64,000 nucleotides of DNA. Source: Chloroflexota bacterium (lineage in GTDB: Bacteria; Chloroflexota; Dehalococcoidia; UBA2979). The notes beneath the pieces are model-generated. The model was not told where the DNA came from. It did no database searches and was given only the letters and a program-made list of their open reading frames with translations. Location of the stretch: NCBI GenBank assembly GCA_003228125.1, contig QGNP01000001.1, positions 67,524 to 131,523 of the forward strand, written 5' to 3'. Below are positions 36,839 through 48,074 of this stretch, piece by piece (position 1 is the first letter of the stretch; every line of letters begins with the position of its first letter). Position numbers and translations under genes: made by a program.

Positions 36839-38314
36839 GTGCCTGTTGCAGGTAAATATAATCAAGACGAAGATTTATTTAATAAAATGCGGAAGAGTAT
36901 ATCCGGTCGGTTGTCACGAACTATTGATGTACGGTCTGAAAAATTAGAAACTCCTCATAGACCAACATTAATTTATTTATTGGGCGGATTATTATTATTA
37001 ATTTTTATAGGTGCCTTATTACTAATGTTGCCTATTTCATCTCAAGCAAATACACCAACTGATTTTTTAACTGCATTATATACTAGCACTTCTGCAGTAT
37101 GTGTTACTGGACTCGTTTTAGTTGACACAGGCACCTATTGGAGTGGTTTTGGCCAGTTTATCATTTTTGTTCTTTTTCAACTTGGTGGATTAGGATTTAT
37201 GACATCTGCTACATTAATACTTGCTATATTCTTGGGTAAAAGAGCAAGTTTGAGCGAACGTTTACGTTTTCGTCAAGCACATATACAAGGAGGACTTGGA
37301 AGTGAACCTCTTGGTAGAATGGGTGGAAATGAAGTTCAGTCATTAATTTTTAATATTGTTAAAATAACTTTTATAATAGAATTCATAGGAATTGTCTTCT
37401 TTTGCATTTTTAAAATGATTGATGGAGCTGCATTAAATTTGCAAACTATTTGGCAAGCAATTTTTACATGTGTTTCTGCATTTACAAATGCAGGCTTTGA
37501 TATTGAAGGTAATTTTTCAAGTTTTACTAATTATAGTTCTCAGCCGTTAATTTTAATCGTTATGTCTGTCTTAGTTCTTTTTGGTGCTATTGGTTATTCA
37601 ATTTGGATAGATATTTTTTATAAACGTTCTTGGAAACTACTTACTGTGGATTCAAAATTAGTACTAATGTCCTCGTTAGTACTAATTGTCGTTGCTGCAC
37701 TGTTCTTATTAGCTCTAGAATACAATAATTCTGGTATTTTACAGGGTGTATCTTTTACAAATGCAGTATTTATTTCTATTATTAATGCAATTTTTGTACG
37801 TACTGCAGGATTTGCTGTGATTGATTATGGCCAGTTACCAGATCAGTTACTTTTTTTATATAGTGGACTTATGTTTATTGGTGGAGCATCTGGTTCATGT
37901 GCGGGCGGCATCAAGTTAACAACATTTATGATCTTAGGTTATGCAATTATTGCATCTGTGCGTGGTCGAGATAATATTAATGTGCATCGTACTGAAATTC
38001 CTTGGAAATATATACATCAAGCTTTGAGCGTAGCACTTTTATCACTTGGTATTGTCTTCATTTCTATATTTATGATTTCATCAACAATTGAAGCTAATTT
38101 CATTGATATAGTCGTTGAATCAATTTCTGCTTTTTCAACTAATGGAATTTCCACAGGTCTCACTAGAGAATTAGGGACATTTGCTAGATTAATATCAATT
38201 GGCACTATGTTTATAGGTCGTATTGGACCATTAACTATTGCATTAATTCTTGCAGAACGTTTTGAAAGAAAGCAATTATTGCGCTATCCTGAAGGTGAAA
38301 TTGCTATAGGATAA
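36839..38314 (+). CDS. TrkH/KtrB family potassium uptake membrane subunit
   Basis: 491 aa with a GTG start. Four repeated M1-P-M2 units with selectivity-filter-like Gly segments (…VCVTGL…, …FTNAGF…, …SGSCAGGIK…, …STNGIST…). Confidence 0.85.
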   Translation: MPVAGKYNQDEDLFNKMRKSISGRLSRTIDVRSEKLETPHRPTLIYLLGGLLLLIFIGALLLMLPISSQANTPTDFLTALYTSTSAVCVTGLVLVDTGTYWSGFGQFIIFVLFQLGGLGFMTSATLILAIFLGKRASLSERLRFRQAHIQGGLGSEPLGRMGGNEVQSLIFNIVKITFIIEFIGIVFFCIFKMIDGAALNLQTIWQAIFTCVSAFTNAGFDIEGNFSSFTNYSSQPLILIVMSVLVLFGAIGYSIWIDIFYKRSWKLLTVDSKLVLMSSLVLIVVAALFLLALEYNNSGILQGVSFTNAVFISIINAIFVRTAGFAVIDYGQLPDQLLFLYSGLMFIGGASGSCAGGIKLTTFMILGYAIIASVRGRDNINVHRTEIPWKYIHQALSVALLSLGIVFISIFMISSTIEANFIDIVVESISAFSTNGISTGLTRELGTFARLISIGTMFIGRIGPLTIALILAERFERKQLLRYPEGEIAIG

Positions 38315-38335
38315 TTAATAGTTAGGATAAATAAT

Positions 38336-38992
38336 ATGTCAAATGAAAAACAACAAATAGCAGTTATTGGCTTAGGAAGATTTGGTTCAGCGGTTGCTGA
38401 AGAACTCCATAAGGCAGGTCATGAAGTCATTGGTATTGATTTAGATAGATCGATTGTTCAATCAATTGCTTCTAAAATTCCACACACTGTTCAGGTAGAT
38501 GCTGTTGATGAAGTAGGACTTAGGCAATTAGGTATCGAGGGCTATGATGCAGCTGTAGTAGGTATTACTGATGAATTAGAGGCTAGTATTTTAATTACTT
38601 TAGTTTTAAAACACTTAAATGTTAAGCAAATTGTTGTTAAAGCTCGTAATGAAATGCATGGAGAAATTCTTCAAAGAGTTGGTGCAGATAGAATTATCTA
38701 TCCAGAAAGAGATACTGGATTACGTTTAGCGCATAGTTGGTTTTCAGCTGATATTACTGCTTCCTTAGATATCGTAGATGGATATGAAATTATTAGAGTA
38801 CGATTACCACAAAATTTTGTTGGATTACAGGTTAATGAAGTTGTCAATAAGTTAAATAAAGTACAGTTAATTATGATTGCAAGAGGGTCTATTGTTATTG
38901 AATTTCCTGATTCAGCAGAAGTACTTCAGAAAGATGATATTTTAGTGCTATCTGGAAAAGTTAAACAAATTGAAAAGTTCTTCTTAGATTAA
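38336..38992 (+). CDS. TrkA/KtrA potassium uptake regulatory subunit (RCK: TrkA-N + TrkA-C)
   Basis: 218 aa. 'IAVIGLGRFGSAVAEEL' Rossmann NAD-binding. C-terminal TrkA-C fold. Confidence 0.85.
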   Translation: MSNEKQQIAVIGLGRFGSAVAEELHKAGHEVIGIDLDRSIVQSIASKIPHTVQVDAVDEVGLRQLGIEGYDAAVVGITDELEASILITLVLKHLNVKQIVVKARNEMHGEILQRVGADRIIYPERDTGLRLAHSWFSADITASLDIVDGYEIIRVRLPQNFVGLQVNEVVNKLNKVQLIMIARGSIVIEFPDSAEVLQKDDILVLSGKVKQIEKFFLD

Positions 38993-39000
38993 AAATATGC

Positions 39001-42000
39001 TTATTGCCATGGATAATTATCAACATGAATAATTGCTGATGATGAAATGCTTCCAAGTTGAGGGTGTATAGATTCAATTTTTATTCGATAAATACCATCT
39101 GCAACTTGTTTTGTATTCCATTTTATTTCTATTAAATTATTTCTTTCAATAATTTCGGCGGATAAGTTTTTCCAATCAACTGGAGCTACGCCTTCTCCAA
39201 GAAAAATTTGATAAGAAAGTTCTGTAGATTTAATTGCTGTAACTTGCATTTCATTTTTTACAATAATACCTTCGTTAGCTATATTAAAGTCTAGCCGAGG
39301 CATATCTATGCTTACTTGAGTCTGTAACGAATTTATTGATATTGGCGTAATGAATTCAACAAAATTAAGTTTTTTATCGTTAACAAGTAGTTTAATAATA
39401 TAATCCCCATTTGGTAAATTAGTTGTATTCCAAACTCCAAGTAGGCCATTGCTTACTTTCATATTACTTCTATTAATTCTAAACCAAGTTGAAGGATTAT
39501 TTTTTGTAGCCCAAAGCAATTCATATTCTTGAAAATCAAGAGACGTTGCTCTTCCTTGTATAGGTATGGTGCCAGATGAAATTTCATTAAAATTAGGCGA
39601 AGTAATTTTTGCTAATGCTTCTCCCCAATAACTGTCTTTTATTGGTGCTGCTAAATTTGTTAATTTATTTTTTGCTGCCCAATTTCTATATCCATCCCAT
39701 TCTTCAATTTGTTGTATAGGCAAGACAAGTCGTAATTGTTTGACAACTGCTAGTGGAGGGGTATTGAATGTTGGAAGAAGGTTAGTTCTGCTATCAATAT
39801 CAATTTCTTGCCACCATGTATCCTCTAGTGCTTTTTTTTCATCTATGTTTCTTGGCAAATTATCAGCTGGGAATATTCCAATAAAACGTCTGTCATCGGG
39901 ACACTTTTTAGATGGAATTTTACCTGATGGCCAACATAATTCTTTTTCTTGAAGTCCAGTTGGTCTATTAAATCTTTCTATTTTTAAGTCTAAAAATTCA
40001 TGAGATCTAATCATAAAATCTTTCCAAATTTTATGCGAAACAGTTGTTGAAAATATATTTTGCATAGGTTCGTTATTAGAATTTCCAAACCAATTTCCAG
40101 CGATAATTTGTGGAGTATATCCTATTGTCCAAGTTTCACCTATGCATTTATTTTTGCATCCATCTTTTTCTTTTTCCTCGAATGGCTCGCTAGTTCCAGT
40201 TTTTTGTGCTGAAGGCCTAGAAGGAAGTATTAAAGAATTGCATCCAAAAATTTCACAAGTATTTTCACCATTTGAAAGTATGCTAGTGATTAAATATGTG
40301 TAGTTACTTTCTATGACTCTACGTTGCTTAGGTATATTATCTAAGATTATTTCTCCAGAATCATTTGAAATACTCAATATAGATATTGGATCTAGAATTC
40401 TTTCCTCAGTTCCTCTTTCGTAGAGGGTTGATTGCCCTACCATAATTCCTTGATTTGCTAATACAGAGTATGCATAAGTAATGTCTTCTAATGTGATATC
40501 AACTCCACCTAAAGTTAAAGCAGGGCCATAGCCATTCTTAGAATCTAAAGTAGTAAAGCCTATTTGTTTTAAAAATTTTACAGTATCTTTGACTCCTGCA
40601 TATAAAATTGCTTTTAATGCAGGTACATTTAAAGAATTACCAAGAGCTTTTGCAGTTGTTGCTACGCCTAGATATTTATCACCGGGATTTTTTGGTTCAA
40701 AATATTCCCCAGTTGCAGGATCGTATACTTTTGCAGGTGCATCAACAATGCCAGTTCCACTGGTCCATCCTTTTCTAAATGCTTGTAAATATGTAAAAGG
40801 CTTTAATGTTGAGCCAGGTGAATTTTTAGAAATGATATTGTCATTTCTTCCTTCAATATCATTTCTAAAATAGTCTCTACTTCCAATATAAACTAAAATT
40901 TCACTACTTTTTGCATCTAAGGCTATCAATGCACCATTGTGGCCTAAAGATTGTTCTTCAAATTGAGTAATCCATTCTTCAAGTACTTCTTCTCCAATTT
41001 GTTGTAAATTGTAATCAATGGTTGTTGTTATTTTTAATCCATCAGAAAAAATTGCTCTGTTGCCATATCGTCGGCTCACCTCTTCCGCAACTTTTCCAAG
41101 TACAAAATGAGGAGCTTTAATTTCAAATTGGTAGGGACGAAGATTAATTTTTTCCATTAGTGCTGTTTCTAACTCATTGGTAGTTATTGATTTATTTGCA
41201 AGCATTAATTCTAATACATTTTTTTGTCTTGCCTTTGCATTATTAAAATTTGAATATGGATTATATTTTACTGGAGATTGGGGTATTCCTGCTAAGAATG
41301 CTGCTTCAGCTAATGAAAGTTCTGAAGCATTTTTTTTAAAATACCCTTCAGAAGCTGCTTCAATTCCTACATAAATTCCTCCGTAAGAAATTGAATTTAA
41401 ATACCATTCTAATATTTGACGCTTAGTATATTTACTTGTGAGCTCCACGGCAATAACTGTTTCTTTTAATTTTCGTTCGATTGTTCTTAAATATCTTTCT
41501 TCTCTCGGAATATATAAATTTTTTGCTAATTGTTGCGTTATTGATGATCCGCCAGAACCTTCAAAAAATCCTACATTACTGAATGGAATAAAATTTTCAT
41601 ATGTTGCTCTTAATAATCCTTGTATGTTTAAACCATTATTTATAAAGAATGTTTTGTCTTCAGTTGCAATAGTTGCTTGCGTTAGAAATGGAGAAATCTT
41701 TTCAAGTTTTACTGGACTACGTAAACCTTCGAATTCATCAACAAATTGATAAAGAAGAATGCCATTCCTATCATATATTTTTGCTCCTCCTCTGGGCATT
41801 TTTGCAAATAATTCTTCTGCTGGAATGACATTGTTTTTTATTAATAAGATTTCAGATTGTAGCCAGAAACTGATAATGACAGAAAAAGCTATTCCAATTA
41901 TAAAGATTATTGCAGATATTCCACCAACAATTAGCATGGGCTTTTTAAATTTTTTTTTGTTTTTCGAACCTTTATTTTTCTTTAATAAAAGTTTTAAGCT

Positions 42001-42009
42001 TTTATTCAT
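39001..42009 (-). CDS. class A penicillin-binding protein (PBP1A: glycosyltransferase + transpeptidase) with C-terminal extra β-rich domains
   Basis: 1002 aa. N-terminal TM. GT51 motifs ('ATIATEDKTFF', 'GGSSITQQLAKN'). Transpeptidase 'SPGSTLKP' (SxxK), 'SLN', 'KTGT'. About 250 aa C-terminal extension with two Ig/FN3-like repeats. Confidence 0.9.
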   Translation of the reverse strand: MNKSLKLLLKKNKGSKNKKKFKKPMLIVGGISAIIFIIGIAFSVIISFWLQSEILLIKNNVIPAEELFAKMPRGGAKIYDRNGILLYQFVDEFEGLRSPVKLEKISPFLTQATIATEDKTFFINNGLNIQGLLRATYENFIPFSNVGFFEGSGGSSITQQLAKNLYIPREERYLRTIERKLKETVIAVELTSKYTKRQILEWYLNSISYGGIYVGIEAASEGYFKKNASELSLAEAAFLAGIPQSPVKYNPYSNFNNAKARQKNVLELMLANKSITTNELETALMEKINLRPYQFEIKAPHFVLGKVAEEVSRRYGNRAIFSDGLKITTTIDYNLQQIGEEVLEEWITQFEEQSLGHNGALIALDAKSSEILVYIGSRDYFRNDIEGRNDNIISKNSPGSTLKPFTYLQAFRKGWTSGTGIVDAPAKVYDPATGEYFEPKNPGDKYLGVATTAKALGNSLNVPALKAILYAGVKDTVKFLKQIGFTTLDSKNGYGPALTLGGVDITLEDITYAYSVLANQGIMVGQSTLYERGTEERILDPISILSISNDSGEIILDNIPKQRRVIESNYTYLITSILSNGENTCEIFGCNSLILPSRPSAQKTGTSEPFEEKEKDGCKNKCIGETWTIGYTPQIIAGNWFGNSNNEPMQNIFSTTVSHKIWKDFMIRSHEFLDLKIERFNRPTGLQEKELCWPSGKIPSKKCPDDRRFIGIFPADNLPRNIDEKKALEDTWWQEIDIDSRTNLLPTFNTPPLAVVKQLRLVLPIQQIEEWDGYRNWAAKNKLTNLAAPIKDSYWGEALAKITSPNFNEISSGTIPIQGRATSLDFQEYELLWATKNNPSTWFRINRSNMKVSNGLLGVWNTTNLPNGDYIIKLLVNDKKLNFVEFITPISINSLQTQVSIDMPRLDFNIANEGIIVKNEMQVTAIKSTELSYQIFLGEGVAPVDWKNLSAEIIERNNLIEIKWNTKQVADGIYRIKIESIHPQLGSISSSAIIHVDNYPWQ

Positions 42010-42796
42010 TTTTCCCTTGTTTTTTTCTTACTACCATAAAGTGAGAGATACCAAATTGTGCAAAAAAATTATGTTCTAATTTATAAGTTGACCACCTTAA
42101 AAATTTTGCAAGAACTTTAGACCTTCTTTCTAGATTGTTAAATCCAGGGAAGACATAACTGTGATATTGCAATTTCAAATTATCAGTAGTAAATTGACCA
42201 GTAATATTTTTTTTACTATAAATACGTGCGTGTGGAACAAGTTTATTTCGAATAATTTTAGGTAGCCAATTAATAAAAGGAATATTACGGAATATAAATT
42301 TTTTACCTATGTAGCAACCATGTGTTTCGAATGGGAAAAGAATATTTGGTGCAAAAATAATTGCAATTCCTCCAGGTCTTAAAATTCGATCTATTTCATC
42401 AATAACCATTTTTTCATTATCCACATGTTCAATAACTTCGTTCAGTATAATCGCATCAATTGAATTATTTGCGAATGGCATTAATTCACCTACTGAAATA
42501 AAAAAATCAATAAATTCTCCATTATTCATAGCCTTAGTTTTTAATTTTGCTTCATTGATTCTCTCTTTATCTATATCTAGCCCAATAACGCTGTATTTTT
42601 TTTTGTGTATCGCATGTGCATAAGCTCCTACTCCACATCCAAGGTCAACAACTATATTAGATTGATTTTCTACTAAATATTTTTCAATTAACTTTAATCT
42701 TCTTTCTTGACCAGATTGCCAAACATAAGTGGGATTTCCAAGTTTATTTTTTACTATTGATTTATTTTTATCTTCATTATTCATTTTTATCTCCAA
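42002..42796 (-). CDS. class I SAM-dependent methyltransferase (Methyltransf_11-like)
   Basis: 264 aa. 'VVDLGCGVGAY' SAM motif I. Overlaps the PBP gene start by 8 bp. Confidence 0.75.
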   Translation of the reverse strand: MEIKMNNEDKNKSIVKNKLGNPTYVWQSGQERRLKLIEKYLVENQSNIVVDLGCGVGAYAHAIHKKKYSVIGLDIDKERINEAKLKTKAMNNGEFIDFFISVGELMPFANNSIDAIILNEVIEHVDNEKMVIDEIDRILRPGGIAIIFAPNILFPFETHGCYIGKKFIFRNIPFINWLPKIIRNKLVPHARIYSKKNITGQFTTDNLKLQYHSYVFPGFNNLERRSKVLAKFLRWSTYKLEHNFFAQFGISHFMVVRKKQGKNE

Positions 42797-42871
42797 GATT
42801 TTTATAACACATTGATAGGTTTTATACTTAATCTGTGATAGCTTAATCCTTTCAAGGAAAGTAACAAAAAT

Positions 42872-43159
42872 ATGACCCTATCTAATGAAGATATTAAATA
42901 TGTTGCAAAATTAGCAAGAATTCATTTAGACGATAATGAGCTGGACGATTTATCTAATGATCTTTCTGTATGTTTAGAATATTTTGAAAAAATTAATGCA
43001 ATTAATACTGATGGAGTAGCGCCTACTTTCCAGCCAAATCATTTATCTAATGTTATGAGAGAAGATGTAGTGTCTGAAACAATGGACATAGAGATTGTAT
43101 TAAAAAATGCTCCCGAACACATCGATGGATTTTTTAGAATTCCAAAAGTAATTGAATAA
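42872..43159 (+). CDS. gatC: Asp-tRNA(Asn)/Glu-tRNA(Gln) amidotransferase subunit C
   Basis: 95 aa. 'VAKLARIHLDDNEL' is typical of GatC. Directly upstream of gatA. Confidence 0.8.
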   Translation: MTLSNEDIKYVAKLARIHLDDNELDDLSNDLSVCLEYFEKINAINTDGVAPTFQPNHLSNVMREDVVSETMDIEIVLKNAPEHIDGFFRIPKVIE

Positions 43160-43179
43160 GTTAAGAAAACCTATATATA

Positions 43180-44643
43180 ATGACGAATTCCATTAATTTA
43201 TTAAAACCAGCTTACCAACACATTGCTAATATTTTGGATGGTAAATATGACTCAGAAGCACTAACAAGTCAAACTATTAAAAATTTGCATTTGCAAGAAA
43301 GTAAATTAAATGCGTATATTACTATTCTTGATGATTATGCTCATCAACGTGCTGAAATTGTCCAAAAACAATTTCAGCAGAAGACTAAACTTCTTTTAGG
43401 AGGTATTCCAATAGCAGTAAAAGATATGCTTGCCTTAAAAAATTTTCCAACTACTGCAGGTTCAAAGATTTTAGAAAATTTTATCCCAACATTTAATAGT
43501 ACGGTTGTTGAAAAATTAGAAAATGCAGGAGCAATTATCATTGGCAAAACTAGTTGTGATGAATTTGCCATGGGATCTTCAAATGAATTTTCTTTTAAAG
43601 GACCTGTTCATAATCCATGGGATCTTGATAGTGTGCCAGGTGGTTCATCAGGCGGCTCTGCGGCAACAGTTGCTGCTAGAGGCGTATCTCTTTCAATTGG
43701 AACTGATACTGGCGGCTCTATTAGACAACCCGCTGCCTTTAATGGAATATTTGGCTTGAAACCAACTTATGGCCGTGTTTCTCGATTTGGCGTAGTGGCT
43801 TTTGCCTCTTCATTAGAACAAGTCGGACCTATGGCGCATAACGTGCATGATTTGGCTTTGCTGCTTAGAGTGATCGCTGGTCATGATGAACAGGATTCTA
43901 CAACTTTAAATATTGAAGTGCCTGAATATGACAAATTTCTTGATCAAGGCATTGAAGGACTTAAAATTGCTATTCCAAAAAATATATATAAAGGAATGAA
44001 TGCAGATATGAAAAAAAATATGCAAACATCTTTAGAAATTTTTAAAAGAAATGGAGCAATTGTTGATGAAGATATAGATTTTCCTTCTTGGGAATCTGCA
44101 TTACCAGCATATTATTTAATTGCTACCTCAGAAGCTTCAACTAACTTAGCTCGCTATGATGGATTTAGATATGGATATAATGCTAGTGAGTATAAAGAAT
44201 TATGGAAGCAATTAGAAAATACTAGAGGAATTGGTTTTGGACAGGAAGTAAAAAGAAGAATTTTACTTGGAACTTACGCTTTATCTGCTGGCTATCATGA
44301 TCAGTATTATAAAAAAGCATTAAGGCTTAGAACGTTAATAAAATCTGACTTTGATAATGCTTTTAAAAAATATGATGTAATTGTTACTCCAACAACACCA
44401 TCTTCTGCCTTTAAAATAGGAGAGAGAGTATCTAAGCCATTAGAGATGTATATGAGTGATTATTATACATTGCCAGCAAATATCGCTGGTAATCCAGCAA
44501 TATCAGTTCCATGTGGATTTATTAACAATTTGCCTGTTGGCTTGCAAATTATTGGTAGAAATTTAGAGGAACAAAGATTATTACAAATAGCTGCTCTTCA
44601 TGAATCTGAATCAAGCTGGAGCCGAGAAGTCCCTAATTTATAA
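43180..44643 (+). CDS. gatA: Asp-tRNA(Asn)/Glu-tRNA(Gln) amidotransferase subunit A (amidase signature family)
   Basis: 487 aa. Amidase signature 'GGSSGGSAATVAA', the catalytic Ser-cisSer-Lys region, and 'IAVKD'. Confidence 0.9.
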   Translation: MTNSINLLKPAYQHIANILDGKYDSEALTSQTIKNLHLQESKLNAYITILDDYAHQRAEIVQKQFQQKTKLLLGGIPIAVKDMLALKNFPTTAGSKILENFIPTFNSTVVEKLENAGAIIIGKTSCDEFAMGSSNEFSFKGPVHNPWDLDSVPGGSSGGSAATVAARGVSLSIGTDTGGSIRQPAAFNGIFGLKPTYGRVSRFGVVAFASSLEQVGPMAHNVHDLALLLRVIAGHDEQDSTTLNIEVPEYDKFLDQGIEGLKIAIPKNIYKGMNADMKKNMQTSLEIFKRNGAIVDEDIDFPSWESALPAYYLIATSEASTNLARYDGFRYGYNASEYKELWKQLENTRGIGFGQEVKRRILLGTYALSAGYHDQYYKKALRLRTLIKSDFDNAFKKYDVIVTPTTPSSAFKIGERVSKPLEMYMSDYYTLPANIAGNPAISVPCGFINNLPVGLQIIGRNLEEQRLLQIAALHESESSWSREVPNL

Positions 44644-44668
44644 TTATTTTTTAGAAATGGTAAACTAA

Positions 44669-45844
44669 ATGAAAAATAAACATAATGTAATGAGCGATAT
44701 GATTTCTCAGGCAGTTAATAGAATGCCTCTTTCTGGAATACGTGCTTATTTTGAATTCCTTGGTGATGATAAAAATGTTATTTCTCTTGCAGTTGGACAA
44801 CCTGACTTTGAAACACCAATCAATATTGTCAAAGCTGCTTCAGAGTCAATGCTCAATGGTCACACTGGTTACACATCTAACTATGGACTTATTGAACTCA
44901 GAGAACATCTGTCTAATCATATTGAGTCACTTTATGATATTAAATATGATCCTAATAAAGAAATGTTATTAACATCAGGAGTATCCGAAGCTCTTGATAT
45001 TGCAGTGCGTGCAATTATTGATCCTGGAGATGAAGTAATTGTTCCTGAACCTGCTTATGTAGCGTATAAGCCGGTTATTTTGCTGGCTGGAGGAAAATAT
45101 ATTCCAATTCCTACTTATATTGAAAATGATTTTATGGTTGATCCTGAGGCAATAGAAGAACAGATTACTGAAAAAACAAAAGCAATACTATTAGGGTACC
45201 CATGCAATCCTACAGGCGGAGTAATGTCTAAAGAAAAATTATTGAAAATTGCTGAAATTGCTGAAAAACATGATCTGATTATTATTGCTGATGAGTTATA
45301 TGATAGGTTGGTTTATGACATTGAGCATGTTTGCTTTGCAGCACTTCCAAATATGAAAAAAAGAACTATCTTGTTGGGTGGATTTTCTAAATCATACGCA
45401 ATGACTGGCTGGAGGCTAGGATATATAGGTGCACAAGCTGAAATCCTAGAAGCCATTATGAAAATTCATCAATATGTCATGATGTCTGCTCCAACTGCTG
45501 CTCAATATGCCGGGATCGAAGCAATTAGCAATGGAGAAAATGAAATTGAGATGATGAAGTCTGAGTATAATAAAAGACGTCAATTTGTTGTATCAGAATT
45601 ACAAAAGATAGGTTTTAAAGTTTCAGATCCTCAAGGAGCTTTTTATGTTTTTCCAGAAGTTAAATCATTAACAAATAAGGATGGTAATGAATTTGCCCAG
45701 GCTTTATTAAAAGATCAAAAGGTTGCTGTTGTTCCGGGAGATGCTTTTGGCGAATCTGGTAAGAACCATGTAAGGATATGCTATGCAGCTTCAATGCCAC
45801 AATTAATTGAAGCAATGGCAAGAATTGAGAAATTCGTATCGTAA
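44669..45844 (+). CDS. PLP-dependent aminotransferase, class I (aspartate/aromatic aminotransferase-like)
   Basis: 391 aa. 'GFSKSYAMTGWRLGY' (SxK Lys), 'NPTG', 'DELY'. Confidence 0.8.
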   Translation: MKNKHNVMSDMISQAVNRMPLSGIRAYFEFLGDDKNVISLAVGQPDFETPINIVKAASESMLNGHTGYTSNYGLIELREHLSNHIESLYDIKYDPNKEMLLTSGVSEALDIAVRAIIDPGDEVIVPEPAYVAYKPVILLAGGKYIPIPTYIENDFMVDPEAIEEQITEKTKAILLGYPCNPTGGVMSKEKLLKIAEIAEKHDLIIIADELYDRLVYDIEHVCFAALPNMKKRTILLGGFSKSYAMTGWRLGYIGAQAEILEAIMKIHQYVMMSAPTAAQYAGIEAISNGENEIEMMKSEYNKRRQFVVSELQKIGFKVSDPQGAFYVFPEVKSLTNKDGNEFAQALLKDQKVAVVPGDAFGESGKNHVRICYAASMPQLIEAMARIEKFVS

Positions 45845-45921
45845 AATCTTTTTCCATTTAGTTTTCTAATGTATACTAATTATCGGTTTCAATTCTATAT
45901 TTATAGCGGGGTGTAATAATT

Positions 45922-47067
45922 ATGAGCTCTAATTCTGAAATAGTTCCAGGGCTTGAAGGCATTCCAATTGCTGAATCTTCCATTTCTCTTGTAGAAGGTG
46001 AAATTGGCAAATTATCTTATCAAGGATATTCAATAGAAGATCTTACAGAAAACTGTTCATTTGAAGAAATTGTTGCTCTTCTTTATGATGGAGAGCTTCC
46101 AAACCAATCAAGATTAGATGAAATTATTATAAAGATGCAATCTGGAAGACATCTTTCAGATGAACATATTGAATTAGCAAGAATTGCTGGTACTCAATCT
46201 CATCCAATGTTCGCTTTGCAAGCTGCTGTTGCTTCTATAGGTCGTATGAAAAATGATTTTGAATCAGACCTTGATAATGTTATAGACAGAGGGATAGCAT
46301 TGATTGCAAAAACTGGCCACTTGGTTGGTGTTATTGCGCAGGCTGTTGACGGTCGAGAATATCATGGACCAAGTGATGCAGATAGCCATGCTGCAATGAT
46401 TTTAAAAATGATTACTGGACCGGATTGCCCAGACTCTCATATTGCTGTAATGAATGAATTATTAATTTTGCAAGCAGATCATTCTGCTGGTAATGCTTCA
46501 ACATTTACGTCCAGAGTAGTTACTTCTACAAGGTCAGAAGCAGAAGCAGTTGCATCTGCAGCTATTGGCGCTTTATCAGGCCCTGCACATGGCGGTGCGA
46601 ATGAAAGAGCAATACGGCTCTTTCAAGATATTGGCTCTGTAGATAATGCCGATGAGTATTTAGTAAAAATGTTTGATGCTAAAGAACGAATTCCTGGATT
46701 TGGTCACAGAGTTTATCATGCTAAAGATCCTCGCTCTTCTGTCATACAGAGAATTGCTAGAGATATTTTAGTTGAGGGAACTGATTCTCATCAATTATAT
46801 TCTATAGCATTAAAAGTTGAAGAAATTGCTACTGAGAAATTATCAGCTCGAGGTTTATGGCCAAATGTTGATTTATTTTCAGGCACTGTATTTCATGGAA
46901 TTAATGTGCCAATTGATTTTTATACTCCACTTTTTGCTGCATCAAGAATGTTGGGTTGGATGGTCCACATGAAAGAGCAATGGGATTCAGGAAATAGGTT
47001 GTTTCGTCCACGACAAATTTATATTGGCAATAAAAATAAACAATTTCGAGATATTCATAATCGTTAA
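45922..47067 (+). CDS. citrate synthase (short, ~380-aa type)
   Basis: 381 aa. 'SGPAHGGANERAI' (GxxHGGANE) and the 'LILQADHSAGNAST' His region. Confidence 0.9.
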   Translation: MSSNSEIVPGLEGIPIAESSISLVEGEIGKLSYQGYSIEDLTENCSFEEIVALLYDGELPNQSRLDEIIIKMQSGRHLSDEHIELARIAGTQSHPMFALQAAVASIGRMKNDFESDLDNVIDRGIALIAKTGHLVGVIAQAVDGREYHGPSDADSHAAMILKMITGPDCPDSHIAVMNELLILQADHSAGNASTFTSRVVTSTRSEAEAVASAAIGALSGPAHGGANERAIRLFQDIGSVDNADEYLVKMFDAKERIPGFGHRVYHAKDPRSSVIQRIARDILVEGTDSHQLYSIALKVEEIATEKLSARGLWPNVDLFSGTVFHGINVPIDFYTPLFAASRMLGWMVHMKEQWDSGNRLFRPRQIYIGNKNKQFRDIHNR

Positions 47068-47073
47068 TTTCGT

Positions 47074-48033
47074 CTAATAGTAACCTCCTGGCACGATAAT
47101 GTAATGAATTGACAATACTATTGCCACTGAGACTAGTGCCCCAAATAACATTTTACCAAAGTCTCTGGATATTATTGGGAATACATATTTAAATTTATAA
47201 TTTTCCATTACCGTTGATATTGCGAGTTCTCTACCACAAAGCAAACCAACAAATACCCATGTTGTGCTCATCGGTATGTCATTGTATTCTTTAAAGATTA
47301 GAAGTATTACAGCATAAACAAAATCAATAATTGTTGCTGAGCGGACATATCTTGTTCCAGTTTTATTTACAACTATTTGTTGAATCTTTCCTCCTTTTTC
47401 CCATAACATATATCCGAGTAAACTTACTAACAGAACTGTAGAAAATACCAACCATGATGCTGATAAATCTCTGGGTAAAAATACTGCGATGTTAGCCATG
47501 TCATGTGATAGCCATGTATGCCATAAAAATCCAGTTGTAATCCATTGTCCGATACGCCATAATTTTTTATTTTTTTCATTAACTACATCTTTTTTCTCAT
47601 CAATAATTCTACCTAATATAATCCAAACTGCGTACGCACATATTGCTGCAATTCCATAACCAATTACTGATTTGATAATCATCTTTTCAAGTATAAAAGT
47701 GCTTGCAAATGCAGAGAGCACTAAAAAGGAAGTAGAGACAGGTATGCCTATGCGTGTAAGCAGCAGTAAAATAGCTGGCGCTGCAGCATGATACCATTGT
47801 ATCTCTACATACGGTATCTTATTCAATCTACCATATGATATATCGCCTTCTAAGGTGAACCATCCAATCCATAATGTTGCAATTAGCACAGCACTCGCAG
47901 CAATCCACATCCATTGCCATCGAACCTTATCTCTATTTGATGCAATCCAAGTTCCAAGTGTTTGTACGCTATCATTAGCAACTACAGAATATGCTGCAAA
48001 TGTGAATCCAATATAAACCCATAATTGCTCCAT
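47074..48033 (-). CDS. PiT/PHO4-family anion (phosphate/sulfate) permease-like membrane protein, short form
   Basis: 319 aa. 'VVANDSVQTLGT' resembles GANDVANA. 'GIPVSTSFLVLSAF' resembles the PVSTTH motif. A second half-repeat 'SHDMANIAVF'. About 8 TM helices. Confidence 0.45.
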   Translation of the reverse strand: MEQLWVYIGFTFAAYSVVANDSVQTLGTWIASNRDKVRWQWMWIAASAVLIATLWIGWFTLEGDISYGRLNKIPYVEIQWYHAAAPAILLLLTRIGIPVSTSFLVLSAFASTFILEKMIIKSVIGYGIAAICAYAVWIILGRIIDEKKDVVNEKNKKLWRIGQWITTGFLWHTWLSHDMANIAVFLPRDLSASWLVFSTVLLVSLLGYMLWEKGGKIQQIVVNKTGTRYVRSATIIDFVYAVILLIFKEYNDIPMSTTWVFVGLLCGRELAISTVMENYKFKYVFPIISRDFGKMLFGALVSVAIVLSIHYIIVPGGYY

Positions 48034-48074
48034 TGTTTATTCCTTAAGTATGAAAAATCATTTTTTACATAAAA